Source of the DNA: a virus
IMG/VR virus record: IMGVR_UViG_3300001688_000214
Strand: one strand, 5' to 3'
DNA: 64,000 bases
Of this stretch, positions 1 through 10,112 are shown piece by piece. The translations under genes and the position numbers were made by a program. Position 1 is the stretch's first letter. Every line of letters starts with the position of its first letter. Below the pieces are notes generated by a model, which worked only from the letters and a program-made list of their open reading frames with translations, had not been told where the DNA came from and searched no databases.

Positions 1-21
1 CCCTACCAAAAGAATCTTTCG

Positions 22-399
22 ATGTTTGTAAATTCAAAGTCGGATGGGGAGGTAGTAATAGAAATGTTGAAGGAACTATTGGGAGCTAGAATAGGATCCT
101 ACTTAGATTATAGGGAGTATGAACCTAAATGGATTCAGATTAAACTATTTGAAGCTGATGGCATTGATATCGAAACTATAAATAAGAATTGCAAGGAGCT
201 CAATTGGGGTAATCTACTCCTGAATACAAGTGCCAATCGTTACCTACCACCTATGAATGAAATATTAACATGTGATAAATGTAAGCAGAAATTCGATCCT
301 GATGAAATAGAACCACACTTAGTCAGTGGACCACTTAGATGGGTCTGCAATAATTGTTATACGGAGAACTATAAGAATGAATTACAGAGGTTAAATTAA
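22..399 (+). CDS. hypothetical protein, C-terminal Zn-ribbon
   Basis: ORF with CDKC/CNNC; may start upstream of window. Confidence 0.5.
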   Translation: MFVNSKSDGEVVIEMLKELLGARIGSYLDYREYEPKWIQIKLFEADGIDIETINKNCKELNWGNLLLNTSANRYLPPMNEILTCDKCKQKFDPDEIEPHLVSGPLRWVCNNCYTENYKNELQRLN

Positions 400-635
400 T
401 GAAACTTGTAAGGATTACTAAATTAGAATTCAGTACAGTCACGACATTTAGTGGTTTTAAACAAATTACATATAAGGATCAACCTGAACAGATTATTATA
501 AATCTAGATCAAATTGTATCCGTACACCATTCCAATATTTCAGAAGAATGTATTGTACTGCATATGTCGAATGGTGAAGTAATTCATACATGGGCTAGTG
601 AGCTCAAAGGCTATTTGATATCCTTTACAATGTAA
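399..635 (+). CDS. hypothetical protein
   Basis: TAATG overlap with previous ORF. Confidence 0.55.
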   Translation: MKLVRITKLEFSTVTTFSGFKQITYKDQPEQIIINLDQIVSVHHSNISEECIVLHMSNGEVIHTWASELKGYLISFTM

Positions 636-678
636 AAATTTTGATTTACGTTAGGATTTATCAACTTAAAATCACTCA

Positions 679-705
679 CCACTTTTTTCATTTTGAGGCT
701 ATATT
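679..705 (+). promoter_or_regulatory. putative early promoter (CCACTTTTTT-N9-GCTATATT)
   Basis: motif recurs upstream of several early operons; GAGGT RBS follows. Confidence 0.6.
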
Positions 706-720
706 AATTAAATAAGAGGT

Positions 721-2055
721 TTGAAAGATATGAATAACACCATTAAGAAGATACAAAAGACAATCAAGGGTACTGTGTATGAAAATAAAGTGTTTCTAGC
801 AGGTGGGGCTGTGAGAGATCACTTTCTTGGTAGAGATTCTAAAGATTTGGATTTCGTCGTTGTGGGACTAGGACTTAATGGTGGTATTGAACTTGCATAT
901 CATCTTCATAAGATGTATAATACCTCAACTCCCGTAGTATTCAAGAGATTTGGTACTGCTCAAATTGTTCTAAATGGTGAAGAAATAGAAATTGTTGCTG
1001 CCCGTAAAGAGAGCTACAACTTTCAGGATCGTATGCCTATCGTTGAAGAGGGAACTCTTGAAGACGATGTTATGCGTCGTGACTTTCGAATCAATGCAGT
1101 ACTATATGATATCTCTAAGGGAGTATTTGTTGATCTTGTTGGAGGACTTAAAGATATCAAAAATCGTAAGATCCAAACTACTGGAGATCCTGATGTAATT
1201 TTTGCTGAGGATCCTCTGCGTATTATGAGAGCCATTAGATTTTCTGCTCAACTTGGATTTGATATTGAACCTGATACGTGGAATGCTATTATTAAGTTTG
1301 TTCCCTGGCTTAAGAACATCTCTAATGAGCGTATTAGAGATGAGTTTAATAAGATTCTTGTAGCTGAGCATTTTGTTCGTGGAATAGATGATTTGTATCG
1401 TTCTGGAATTCTTGCTTATATGATTAAGCAATTTGCAAGAGTGCCAGAAATTAAGAATCAAGGTCGTTGGCACGTTAAATCATTGTTTGACCACACTTTA
1501 GAAGTAATGATGAATGTCCCTGCTACTGTGGAGCATAGACTTGCTGCACTTCTTCACGACATTGGTAAGGTCAATACTATGACTGTTGAAGAAGATGGAA
1601 TACACTTCTATCAGCACCAGTTCCATTCTAAGCGTATCGCTAAGAACTTTATGGTAAGATACAAGTACACTAATGAGCAGATTGAATGGGTTACTAACAG
1701 CATATCTATGCACATGAATTTTCTCGATATGATGAAAGATAGTACTATTCGTAAAATGGTCAACCAGTACGGTAAGGAACAATTCCTATTCTTCACTGAT
1801 CTTGGACTTGCCGATTCCAAGAGACCTGAGCGTAAGGCTATTGTTCAGTCCGTAGTTGACTTTGTTAAGACTGACAATTATGTGCCTGAACAGCAAATGA
1901 AGATGCCTGTAAATGGCGACATGATCATGGAGCACTTTAATATCAAACCTAGTAAGGAAGTCGGAAGACTGCTTGCTATTGAGAAAGAATTTCTATTCGA
2001 GTTCCCTGAGGCTTCTATTGAAGAGATCTGGGAAGTTATAAACAACAATAAATAA
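721..2055 (+). CDS. cca: CCA-adding tRNA nucleotidyltransferase with HD domain
   Basis: GGAVRD, DLD, RRDFRINA, EDPLRIMRAIRF, SNERIRDE, LLHDIGK; no TAG. Confidence 0.92.
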   Translation: MKDMNNTIKKIQKTIKGTVYENKVFLAGGAVRDHFLGRDSKDLDFVVVGLGLNGGIELAYHLHKMYNTSTPVVFKRFGTAQIVLNGEEIEIVAARKESYNFQDRMPIVEEGTLEDDVMRRDFRINAVLYDISKGVFVDLVGGLKDIKNRKIQTTGDPDVIFAEDPLRIMRAIRFSAQLGFDIEPDTWNAIIKFVPWLKNISNERIRDEFNKILVAEHFVRGIDDLYRSGILAYMIKQFARVPEIKNQGRWHVKSLFDHTLEVMMNVPATVEHRLAALLHDIGKVNTMTVEEDGIHFYQHQFHSKRIAKNFMVRYKYTNEQIEWVTNSISMHMNFLDMMKDSTIRKMVNQYGKEQFLFFTDLGLADSKRPERKAIVQSVVDFVKTDNYVPEQQMKMPVNGDMIMEHFNIKPSKEVGRLLAIEKEFLFEFPEASIEEIWEVINNNK

Positions 2056-2063
2056 GGATTAAT

Positions 2064-2675
2064 ATGAAATTTGTCAGATTACTGCATAATCGCACAGAAT
2101 CGCCTCCAATAGAATATGGGTATGTTCTTAAGATCGAATCAGAATTACAATTAGCAATATATCATCTTCAAAGATTTAATCATATTTGGTCAGATGCACT
2201 GGTTAATATATTGAAGAGCAAAGACTATACTAAGATGATCGATGCTTCTATCCCAAGCGAAGGCAGACATATTACAAATGAAATAGCACAAGCAATGCAC
2301 CAATATGTATTAATACACGCTGACGGTAAGAAATCAATTTATAATTTATCTGATGAATTGTATAAACAAGTCTATGATACTCAATTGAGTATTCTACAAG
2401 AAGGGTATGTAATATACATAATGCAATCATCTGGATATTTTATGGCTAAGCCTAATGATCCAGAGTTTATTGAAAGTGACGAGATACTATCTGCAGATTG
2501 TAAGATTTGGCCAGACAATAAAACCGACCAAGTCAGGTACATTCAATGGAAGGATGGTATTCATTGGTATGCTAAGATTGGAACTGCGGATGTGGTAGAC
2601 AAATTTGGTAATCAAAAATGGAATACTAAGACAGAAGCTAAAATGGCTGTAGAAGAATATTTAAAGGAGTTATAA
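2064..2675 (+). CDS. hypothetical protein
   Basis: 203-aa ORF with RBS. Confidence 0.65.
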   Translation: MKFVRLLHNRTESPPIEYGYVLKIESELQLAIYHLQRFNHIWSDALVNILKSKDYTKMIDASIPSEGRHITNEIAQAMHQYVLIHADGKKSIYNLSDELYKQVYDTQLSILQEGYVIYIMQSSGYFMAKPNDPEFIESDEILSADCKIWPDNKTDQVRYIQWKDGIHWYAKIGTADVVDKFGNQKWNTKTEAKMAVEEYLKEL

Positions 2676-2681
2676 CAGAAG

Positions 2682-2840
2682 ATGAAAGATATGCTAAAAG
2701 ATTTATGGGTTGTATGGATATTACTAGGATTAGTAATTCTGGTAATGGTTATATTCCATATAAAATTTAACTTGGTAGCATTTGCCATAGGATTTACAGG
2801 TGGAGCAATCGGGTCACTAATTTCTTCAAGGATAAAATAA
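2682..2840 (+). CDS. small membrane protein
   Basis: MKDMLKDLWVVWILLGLVIL..., hydrophobic. Confidence 0.5.
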   Translation: MKDMLKDLWVVWILLGLVILVMVIFHIKFNLVAFAIGFTGGAIGSLISSRIK

Positions 2841-2852
2841 AGGGAAAATTAA

Positions 2853-4064
2853 ATGAGCAAATTCAAAACAATCAACGGAACTCTCTGCCGGATGGTAGAG
2901 CCTACGCCGCTAACGCCTGAATCGCAGTTTCCCTGTGTGGTTCAGCTGATACAGGATGATACAATGCTAGGCAAGGCAAACAAAAGGGTGTATTATCCGA
3001 GATCACTTGCCAACAAAAGAATCTGTAATGAGCTAACAGATGATGGCTTGTTTATGGATGGCAGCGATGCATATCGCTACGAAATCATCGGCTATCCAGT
3101 TGTTGATGGCTCTGAGGAGTGGGCATTGTATCAGATGATGATAAATGGGAAAATGGTATGCCACAAGAAATCGCCATCAATCATGTATTGCAAACACGCC
3201 TCCAAAATCAGTTGTGAGAGGACATCTCTTCATATGCGTGGACTAATTATGTCTATTGCCGCATGGCTCGATGGGGCTGACAAGGATGGATGGCAAATCT
3301 ATGAAAAGCCAAAGCCCCTGCTGGCTGATGCGAAAGTTGGGGATTTGTGCAAGCGCAGGGATGGGAAGTATGTACAGGTGGACAGTTATTCTGACGATAG
3401 ACCATGTCCAATTATGTGCAAGAGCGATATTGGCGGACAAGATTGTTTTACATTGGATGGCAGAAATCACAATGCTGTCAACAACGATAAAGACATCATC
3501 TTCACCGAACCGCTGGCACCCGAAGGCACGGCAGAGTGGGCACTACAGATGATGAAGCTGGGGAAAAAGGTAATAAAACCCAATAGCATATCCCCGTATA
3601 TCCTTAAAGCAAACCACATTGTTCGCTATGGTGACAATATCTCATGGGACGTTGGTCATTGGCTCAGGGTGTTTGATGGTACCATCGGCTGGCAAATCTA
3701 CAAAGAGCCTGAATCACAATACAAAATTGGCGATTGGGTTGAAGTTCATGGTTGTTGTCAGGCAAGGGTTATCAATATAGAATATTGCTCAATTTCTGGA
3801 GAGGCAAAATATGCCACACTAAGTGATAATGATAGAATACGCATTGGCTATATCACCCGCAAGCTCAAGCCCTCCGAGGTGGTAATTCATATCGGCTGTC
3901 TGAGCGGGACGGTGGCACATTCTTTGTCAGAAGATTGTTTCCTTTTGGCAAAGGTCAATGACCCGCAACACAGAGCTAGCTGTATTGATATGTCCATGCT
4001 CGACACAGAAACTCGTGAGATTGTGGAAGGCTTGCTAAAAGCACAAAAGGAAGAAGGAGAATAA
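2853..4064 (+). CDS. hypothetical protein with internal duplication
   Basis: GSEEWALYQM/GTAEWALQMM and GWQIYEKP/GWQIYKEP repeats; GC-richer than flanks. Confidence 0.7.
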   Translation: MSKFKTINGTLCRMVEPTPLTPESQFPCVVQLIQDDTMLGKANKRVYYPRSLANKRICNELTDDGLFMDGSDAYRYEIIGYPVVDGSEEWALYQMMINGKMVCHKKSPSIMYCKHASKISCERTSLHMRGLIMSIAAWLDGADKDGWQIYEKPKPLLADAKVGDLCKRRDGKYVQVDSYSDDRPCPIMCKSDIGGQDCFTLDGRNHNAVNNDKDIIFTEPLAPEGTAEWALQMMKLGKKVIKPNSISPYILKANHIVRYGDNISWDVGHWLRVFDGTIGWQIYKEPESQYKIGDWVEVHGCCQARVINIEYCSISGEAKYATLSDNDRIRIGYITRKLKPSEVVIHIGCLSGTVAHSLSEDCFLLAKVNDPQHRASCIDMSMLDTETREIVEGLLKAQKEEGE

Positions 4065-4065
4065 C

Positions 4066-4248
4066 ATGAGTAAAAAAATCAGAACCATTGTGGCAAGAAT
4101 ATCCTTCGCTGTTTCGGCATTAATAGGGTTATTCTTTTTTGGTGTATACGTGTTTGGCCTTTATAGCGAATCGTTAAGCTCGGTGCTTGATGTGCTCATT
4201 ATGATTGATATCGTGGCTATCCCCGTGTATTTTTGGAGCGATAATTAA
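4066..4248 (+). CDS. small membrane protein
   Basis: two hydrophobic segments. Confidence 0.55.
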   Translation: MSKKIRTIVARISFAVSALIGLFFFGVYVFGLYSESLSSVLDVLIMIDIVAIPVYFWSDN

Positions 4249-4289
4249 CCACAGAGAAGCATAAAGAATATACAAGAGCAGGAGGAAGA

Positions 4290-4460
4290 ATGAAAACGCC
4301 ACCACGTAAATGTCCACTATGTGGCATAGATATGGAGCCATACGATTACAGTCCGATATATGGCTATTCGTGGTTACATCCAAAAACTGAAAATGATTGC
4401 AAACATAAAGATGGCACACTTCTTTTTGGCGATCACAAATTGGAAGAAGGGAAAGAATGA
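4290..4460 (+). CDS. small Cys-containing protein
   Basis: MKTPPRKCPLCG..., AGGAGG RBS. Confidence 0.5.
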   Translation: MKTPPRKCPLCGIDMEPYDYSPIYGYSWLHPKTENDCKHKDGTLLFGDHKLEEGKE

Positions 4461-4577
4461 TTAATTGTTTGTACACACCGGAAAGGGCAACATGCTTGTT
4501 TGTTGGTAGATACTCGACCATATATTTAAGTCTGATACTTCCATAGTTAATAACTTATTAAAACCAGAGGAGTAAAG

Positions 4578-4802
4578 ATGAAAGATGAATTAATTGAAAC
4601 CATATGTACGGAATTTTGGACAGAATGTATTGATAGAGATATTGTTTTAAAGAATAGAAACTATGTTGTGTATATTAATCCTCGTTATATTAATAGTGCT
4701 TATCACATTAATAAAAACAATGGGGAATATATGAAAGTATGGGTTGGGAATGTCCACTACACTATGGTACTATCAGAATATCAAAAATTAATTTAGGAGT
4801 AA
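4578..4802 (+). CDS. hypothetical protein
   Basis: ends TAG-GAG-TAA (4794-4802), so viable under either code. Confidence 0.55.
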
Positions 4803-4804
4803 TA

Positions 4805-5635
4805 ATGAAATTAACAGTATTAGGAGCAGGTTCAGCCTTTTCAATGATCCAATATCAATCTAATTTTCTATTAGATTTTGATGGATATAAGATGTTATTT
4901 GATTGTGGCTCAGACATAAGATGGGCAATGCATGATGTAAAGCTAGGAGTAAATGATATAGATGGAATCTACATCAGTCATTTACATGCAGATCACATTG
5001 GGGGATTGGAATGGGTAGCTCTTAATAGATTCTTCAATAAATCCCTTCCCAAGGTGGATCTATATATCTCCGAATACCTTGTTGACGATTTATGGTCTGA
5101 TTGTCTTAAGGGTGGATTATCCACCTATCAGGGAGCAGTTCTTGGGCTTAATGATTATTTCAATGTTATAGTGATTCCTGAAAACGGGACCATACCACTA
5201 CATAAAATTGTTGGACTTGATCATGATTATTTAGGCTGGGATTTAACTCCAGTTCAAACCGTCCACGTTATGTCTGGATATAAAATTATGCCGTCCTTTG
5301 GTATTCTTTTAAAACGAAATAAAGAAATAAAGGATAAAGTAAATACCCTTTATATCACTGCAGATACTCAATACAGTCCATATCAGATTAGAGATTTCTA
5401 TGTACAAGCTGATTTGATATTGGAAGATTGCGAAACTTCTACCTTTAAGTCGCACGTGCACGCTCACTATGAAGATTTGAAAACTTTAGAACCTGAATTT
5501 AAAAACAAGATGTGGCTGTATCACTATAATGATCAGCCGTGGGGTGCAGCAGATTTTTATGCCATGCAACAAATGGCAAAGCATGATGGATTTTTGGGGT
5601 TCTTAGAACAGGGTCAAGAAATAGAAATAAACTAA
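4805..5635 (+). CDS. MBL-fold metallohydrolase, Apyc1-like cyclic-nucleotide phosphodiesterase
   Basis: MKLTVLGAGSAFS, DCG, SHLHADHIGGLE, LKGGL, HVHA, HY; start moved to ATG 4805 after AGGAG. Confidence 0.8.
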   Translation: MKLTVLGAGSAFSMIQYQSNFLLDFDGYKMLFDCGSDIRWAMHDVKLGVNDIDGIYISHLHADHIGGLEWVALNRFFNKSLPKVDLYISEYLVDDLWSDCLKGGLSTYQGAVLGLNDYFNVIVIPENGTIPLHKIVGLDHDYLGWDLTPVQTVHVMSGYKIMPSFGILLKRNKEIKDKVNTLYITADTQYSPYQIRDFYVQADLILEDCETSTFKSHVHAHYEDLKTLEPEFKNKMWLYHYNDQPWGAADFYAMQQMAKHDGFLGFLEQGQEIEIN

Positions 5636-5660
5636 AAATACACAAAATAAGAAGTATCCA

Positions 5661-5756
5661 ATGGAATCACTAGTATTAGTTCTCAAAGAGAAGTGGGATG
5701 GTACGTTACCTCAGGTTACTGGCGGTGCTACGCCATTATTAAATTTAGGCAATTAA
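5661..5756 (+). pseudogene. C-terminal remnant resembling SPFH/prohibitin proteins
   Basis: EKWDGTLPQVTGGATPLLNLGN*. Confidence 0.35.
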
Positions 5757-5770
5757 TACACTAAAGCATT

Positions 5771-5818
5771 TGGGTTCAATCCTGTTCTAATTGAGCAAAG
5801 ATTGAACCCAGTTTTTTT
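5771..5818 (+). terminator. intrinsic terminator
   Basis: tgggttcaatc...gattgaaccca stem then T tract. Confidence 0.7.
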
Positions 5819-5835
5819 CTAAAGTGCGTTATAAT
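5808..5835 (+). promoter_or_regulatory. putative early promoter
   Basis: CCAGTTTTTT-N10-GTTATAAT. Confidence 0.55.
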
Positions 5836-5865
5836 ATTCTTATAATAAAAAAAAAAGAGGTTACC

Positions 5866-6096
5866 ATGAAAATAATATCCGTTGAAATGATACCATTCGG
5901 CTCCCCCGCAGAAATGCAGAGAAAACTTCAAACCATTACCGGTATTCGTTACAATGTTCGCGATGGCAAGTATCAAGGTGTTAAATTTGTTTCTCTGTTT
6001 AACTTTTTTACTGGACAAGATGTTGACATATATGAAGGTGAATTACTTAAAGTTAAAGTATTTCAAGGCAATCGTTATAAATTAGAAAGGTTTTGA
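5866..6096 (+). CDS. hypothetical protein
   Basis: MKIISVEM after GAGGT RBS. Confidence 0.55.
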   Translation: MKIISVEMIPFGSPAEMQRKLQTITGIRYNVRDGKYQGVKFVSLFNFFTGQDVDIYEGELLKVKVFQGNRYKLERF

Positions 6097-6341
6097 AAAT
6101 GATCAGAGTTACAGTAGAGCTAGTCCCCTTTGGACAGGAGAGTCGAAAGAAAGTCATTGGAACGATGAAAATTATTAATGACGGAACAGGTTCCAGAGAA
6201 ATGGGGAATTACCAATACTACCTCACAAATGAAGAGGGTGAAGAGATACAAAGCGGATCATACAAGGGATTTCCCAGAGCATTGAGAATTTGGAGATTGA
6301 TCCAAGAAATATTCAGAATTATACCAAAAGAAAATATATAA
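6093..6341 (+). CDS. hypothetical phage protein
   Basis: coupled ORF. Confidence 0.55.
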   Translation: MKMIRVTVELVPFGQESRKKVIGTMKIINDGTGSREMGNYQYYLTNEEGEEIQSGSYKGFPRALRIWRLIQEIFRIIPKENI

Positions 6342-6353
6342 AGGAAGTTACAA

Positions 6354-6629
6354 ATGACAGACAAGAAAGTTAAGTTGAATCTCGTGGGATTGGATGGTAA
6401 TGCGTTCTCACTGCTCGGAGCATTTCAAGCACAGGCACGTAAAGAGGGTTGGACTAAAGAAGAAATTGCTGAAGTCCGTGAGGAAGCAATGTCTGGAGAC
6501 TATAATCACTTATTGGTTACTATAATGGGTCATACTGATTTTCCCGATGAAGACGAATACGATACTGACGACTTTGAAGACGATTGGGACGACAACGATT
6601 ACGAAGACGACGAAGATGAGGAGAACTGA
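6354..6629 (+). CDS. conserved phage protein with acidic tail
   Basis: LVGLDGNAF...AMSGDYNHLL; acidic tail uses GAA/GAG/GAC, no TAG. Confidence 0.65.
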   Translation: MTDKKVKLNLVGLDGNAFSLLGAFQAQARKEGWTKEEIAEVREEAMSGDYNHLLVTIMGHTDFPDEDEYDTDDFEDDWDDNDYEDDEDEEN

Positions 6630-6937
6630 TGTTTGAAGAATTAGGCGAAGACGTAATTCGTAGACGGGAAATCAACGACAATGTATTGTCCAAGATCTTA
6701 AACAAGGAAGGACACCTTTCTGTCAAGATACCTGCAAAGATCTTAAAGTCTATTCCCACCATTAACTTTGAATCGATCAAAGATCATCTTACAAATGACG
6801 TCCATTTAAAGTTTTTTGGATTAGTTGATGGAAAGTACCCGACTGAAGTAAAGAGTGACAAGTTTGAAGATTTGGTGCATCTTCGTTATTTCGAAATTAT
6901 TAACATTATAGATAAGGGAACTGTTTTACGTGACTAA
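6629..6937 (+). CDS. hypothetical protein
   Basis: coupled ORF. Confidence 0.55.
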   Translation: MFEELGEDVIRRREINDNVLSKILNKEGHLSVKIPAKILKSIPTINFESIKDHLTNDVHLKFFGLVDGKYPTEVKSDKFEDLVHLRYFEIINIIDKGTVLRD

Positions 6938-7122
6938 AGTTTGGTTCATTAGTGATTTACACTACAATCAAGCATTAAAAGCCTAAGTTGAGGCGGTACT
7001 TCCAAACTGACGATTTATTTGAAATTGCTAAGACTCGGGAGCAGGAATCAATTAAGGGTGATGACCCAATACCATTCGGATGGAAAGAGGTAGAATAATT
7101 TATAAATTAAAAGGAAGTTTAA

Positions 7123-7497
7123 ATGAAGGAAACTAAAAAAATAAAGATACTAGTTCTTGATGACTCTCAGGCTAGATTAGATATATTTAGAAAGAATATA
7201 GAAGGGGGTCTGAACGTAATGAACGCTAACTATGTAAAAACAGCTAAACAAGCTATTGAGTGTCTCATGTTAAACCCTGATTACGACTACATATTTTTAG
7301 ATAGAGATTTGGGAGAGGGAGTACCAACTGGGGAAGACGTAGTTGACTTTTTAATAGAAAATTCATACCCTATTGAAAAGGTTGGAATTATCATTCATTC
7401 ATGGAATATCCCTGCAGGTAAGAGAATGCATGAACGGCTACTTTCTGCAGGGTTTAATTCCATACATCAACCCGGAGCGTGGATGGCTATAGGTTAA
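7123..7497 (+). CDS. stand-alone receiver-like domain (cyclic-phosphate-processing REC type)
   Basis: ILVLDD, IFLDRDLG, TG.DVV, IIIHSWN. Confidence 0.7.
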   Translation: MKETKKIKILVLDDSQARLDIFRKNIEGGLNVMNANYVKTAKQAIECLMLNPDYDYIFLDRDLGEGVPTGEDVVDFLIENSYPIEKVGIIIHSWNIPAGKRMHERLLSAGFNSIHQPGAWMAIG

Positions 7498-7564
7498 CTT
7501 AGTGAAAATATTATTGGGTGGATTTCAAATGGCATAGTAATTATAAATGTAAGGAGATTCAATA

Positions 7565-8692
7565 ATGAAGCATTACATTTATAAAACTACAAACACCATC
7601 ACGGGTAAATATTATATCGGGAAGCATAGCAGTGAAAATATCTAGAAAGATCCGTATATAGGTAGCGGATTATATCTATTACGAGCTATCAAGAAATATG
7701 GAAAAAAGCACTTCAAAAGGGAAATACTATTTTAGTATGATAATGAAATTGATGCCTTTGAAAAGGAACGTGAATTAGTAACACAAGATTTTGTATTAAA
7801 TAACAACAATTACAATTTCCAAATTGGCGGAAAGGGTGGAATGCACGGAATGGTTATGTGTAGAAATGAAAGAAATTAGCCAATTAAAATTGATAAAGTA
7901 AGATTTAAACAAGGATCATATTCTGGAATTAATAGGGGGAGAGTTACAGTAAAGGACGAGAATGACAACACCCAACAAGTTGCAACTAATTGTCAAGAGT
8001 ATATAAATGGCGTATTGAAACATAATTTAAAGGGGTCATCTACTTTTAAAGATTAGGCAGGAAATACATATAATAAAGAGATTATTAATATCACCAATCA
8101 TGATAGAGGAATTAAAAAGGGGATGGTTAATGCTATTGATTCAGATGGAAATTCGTATTATATTGATATTAACGACCCTGATTATAAATCTGGAAAATTA
8201 AAACATGTTTGGACTGACACAGTCTTAGTTAAAGACAGTAATGGAAAAAAGTTTCATACACATAAAAATGACGAGAGACTTAAATCTGGTGAATTAGTTG
8301 GTCATACTAAAGGATTTTTTACCGCAATAAACCCTAATACAAAAGAAAAATTTAGAATAACAAGGGAAGATCCTAGATGGATATCAGGATAGCTAGTTGG
8401 ATTAAGCAAGGGAACGAAACGAAACAAAATTTGTTTGTATCCATCTTCAACATCCCAAAAGGCTATATATGCAGCCCCCAATGAAGTTGAACAATTATTA
8501 AAATTAGGGTATGTTTATCCTAAAGATAGAGTCGTAAATATTTAGAAGTTCTCAGGAAACAAAAGTTCAAGATATGGTACTATGTGGATCACTAATGTTG
8601 TTACCGAAGAATCTAAATGCATTAATGCCAATGAACCAATTCCAGATGGGTATAAAAAAGGTAGAAATATGAAATATCTAAATGGGAAATGA
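7565..8692 (+). mobile_element. GIY-YIG (Seg-like) homing endonuclease, 375 aa with 6 TAG=Glu
   Basis: MKHYIYKTTN...YYIGKH...Y.GSG...AIKKYG...REIL; frame open to TGA 8692 except for TAGs. Confidence 0.85.
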
Positions 8693-8893
8693 GATAAACA
8701 GATGGAATGGGAGGAAGATAATTGTGGAATGAATGTGGTAGATTGGATGGTTAGAAATCATTACCCTAAGACTCCCAGTGTAATTGTACATTCTTGGAAT
8801 ATTCCCAGGGGACAGGAAATGTTGAAACGATTGCAGGATAAGGGATACAGTGTGATTCAGCATCCTGGTGTATGGCTCAATATCGGAGCCTAA
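8693..8893 (+). pseudogene. C-terminal half of a second receiver-like gene
   Basis: VIVHSWNIP...HPGVW paralogous to 7123 ORF; N-half absent, abuts endonuclease stop. Confidence 0.55.
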
Positions 8894-8905
8894 GGAATTT
8901 TGTTG

Positions 8906-8932
8906 CCACTTTTTTACAAATTAAGTTATATT
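8906..8932 (+). promoter_or_regulatory. putative early promoter
   Basis: CCACTTTTTT-N9-GTTATATT. Confidence 0.6.
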
Positions 8933-8948
8933 AACTTAAGAGGTTAAT

Positions 8949-9290
8949 ATGAAAAAGGTTACTAAAGTTCAAATAGAAAAGTTTCTCAAAGAGGAACTCT
9001 CAAGCAATCGGGCATGGGCATTGCGTGCCCTAGTTCGTATTTATGATTTCCAAACTGCTGATGAAAAGATTAGCGGGGACACTTATTATATAAACAATGT
9101 TGGCTTTACTGGAGCTGATGGTGAATTTCTTACGTCTCTGGCTAAGCAGTGGAAGGAAAAGAACTTCTTGACTGTCAAGCAAATGGCTTTCGTCTACAAA
9201 AAGATGCCCAAATACTGGAACCAAATCTGGGGTATCAGTAACCAACAGGCTATTATCAATATGATCGAATCAAAGACCACTGAGGTATAA
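8949..9290 (+). CDS. conserved phage hypothetical protein
   Basis: GAGGT RBS; QTADE, NNVGF, KYW.Q motifs. Confidence 0.65.
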   Translation: MKKVTKVQIEKFLKEELSSNRAWALRALVRIYDFQTADEKISGDTYYINNVGFTGADGEFLTSLAKQWKEKNFLTVKQMAFVYKKMPKYWNQIWGISNQQAIINMIESKTTEV

Positions 9291-9659
9291 ATGAAAAAGA
9301 CTATTAAATCTACAATTAATACTTCGTTTCACGGAGTTACTATTACCGCTACTCCTGAAGATCTTATTAAGGTTTTAGGTGAACCTAGTAGTATTTGTTT
9401 AGATCAAGATAAAAAAGTTCAATATGAATGGTTAATGGAGACAAAAAACGGGATACCCTTTACAGTTTATGACTGGAAAGAATATCATGAAATTATTCCA
9501 GATAGTGAAATACGTTGGCATATTGGCACCGAACATGAATTTCAATCCAATGTTGTGTTTTCTGAATTATTCGATGCTTTAAGTGATCTTTATCCAAATC
9601 GCGATGACTTTGAAGAGACCCCCGATTGGGACGACGATGAGTCTGAATACCCCTTGTGA
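9291..9659 (+). CDS. hypothetical protein
   Basis: ORF with TVYDWK motif. Confidence 0.6.
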   Translation: MKKTIKSTINTSFHGVTITATPEDLIKVLGEPSSICLDQDKKVQYEWLMETKNGIPFTVYDWKEYHEIIPDSEIRWHIGTEHEFQSNVVFSELFDALSDLYPNRDDFEETPDWDDDESEYPL

Positions 9660-9705
9660 TTCCTGTCCCACAATAACGGCTATGACTATTAAGGAGAATG
9701 AATAA

Positions 9706-9906
9706 ATGAATAAAAACAATCAAAACACTAGTAGTGGAGTAACCTTTGCAAGTCTACTGTTCCTACTATTTCTTGCATTAAAACTCACTCATGTCATCGA
9801 TTGGTCTTGGTGGTGGATTACTGCACCTATCTGGGGTCCATTTGTGATTGTAGTAGTTGTATTAATAATTATTGCAGTAATAGCGGTTCTACTTAACAAA
9901 AAGTAA
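9706..9906 (+). CDS. small membrane protein (LKL...IDWSWWW family)
   Basis: LKLTHVIDWSWWWITAPIWGP. Confidence 0.7.
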   Translation: MNKNNQNTSSGVTFASLLFLLFLALKLTHVIDWSWWWITAPIWGPFVIVVVVLIIIAVIAVLLNKK

Positions 9907-9915
9907 GAGAAATAA

Positions 9916-10110
9916 ATGAACGAAAATATCATGAAAGCACTAGGTTTTGGTGAAATGGTTGATGCTGTAAAGAAAGGTATCTGTCCCCTTTGCGGTAAAA
10001 AAGTTATAGTTGATGAATTTCGAGATGATATCTCTAAAAGAGAATTTAAAATCAGTGGCATGTGCCAGTCTTGTCAAGATAAAGTATTTAATCCAAAAGA
10101 GGAGTATTAA
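9916..10110 (+). CDS. small Zn-finger protein
   Basis: CPLCG...ISGMCQSCQD. Confidence 0.65.
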   Translation: MNENIMKALGFGEMVDAVKKGICPLCGKKVIVDEFRDDISKREFKISGMCQSCQDKVFNPKEEY

Positions 10111-10112
10111 TA

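Noticed and set aside
4739..4804. ORF-track N-terminal extension of the MBL gene
   Set aside because: Overlaps previous gene; RBS and family start support ATG 4805.
7497..8702. Group I intron splitting a receiver gene
   Set aside because: No 5' exon or room for intron core; upstream receiver gene is complete.
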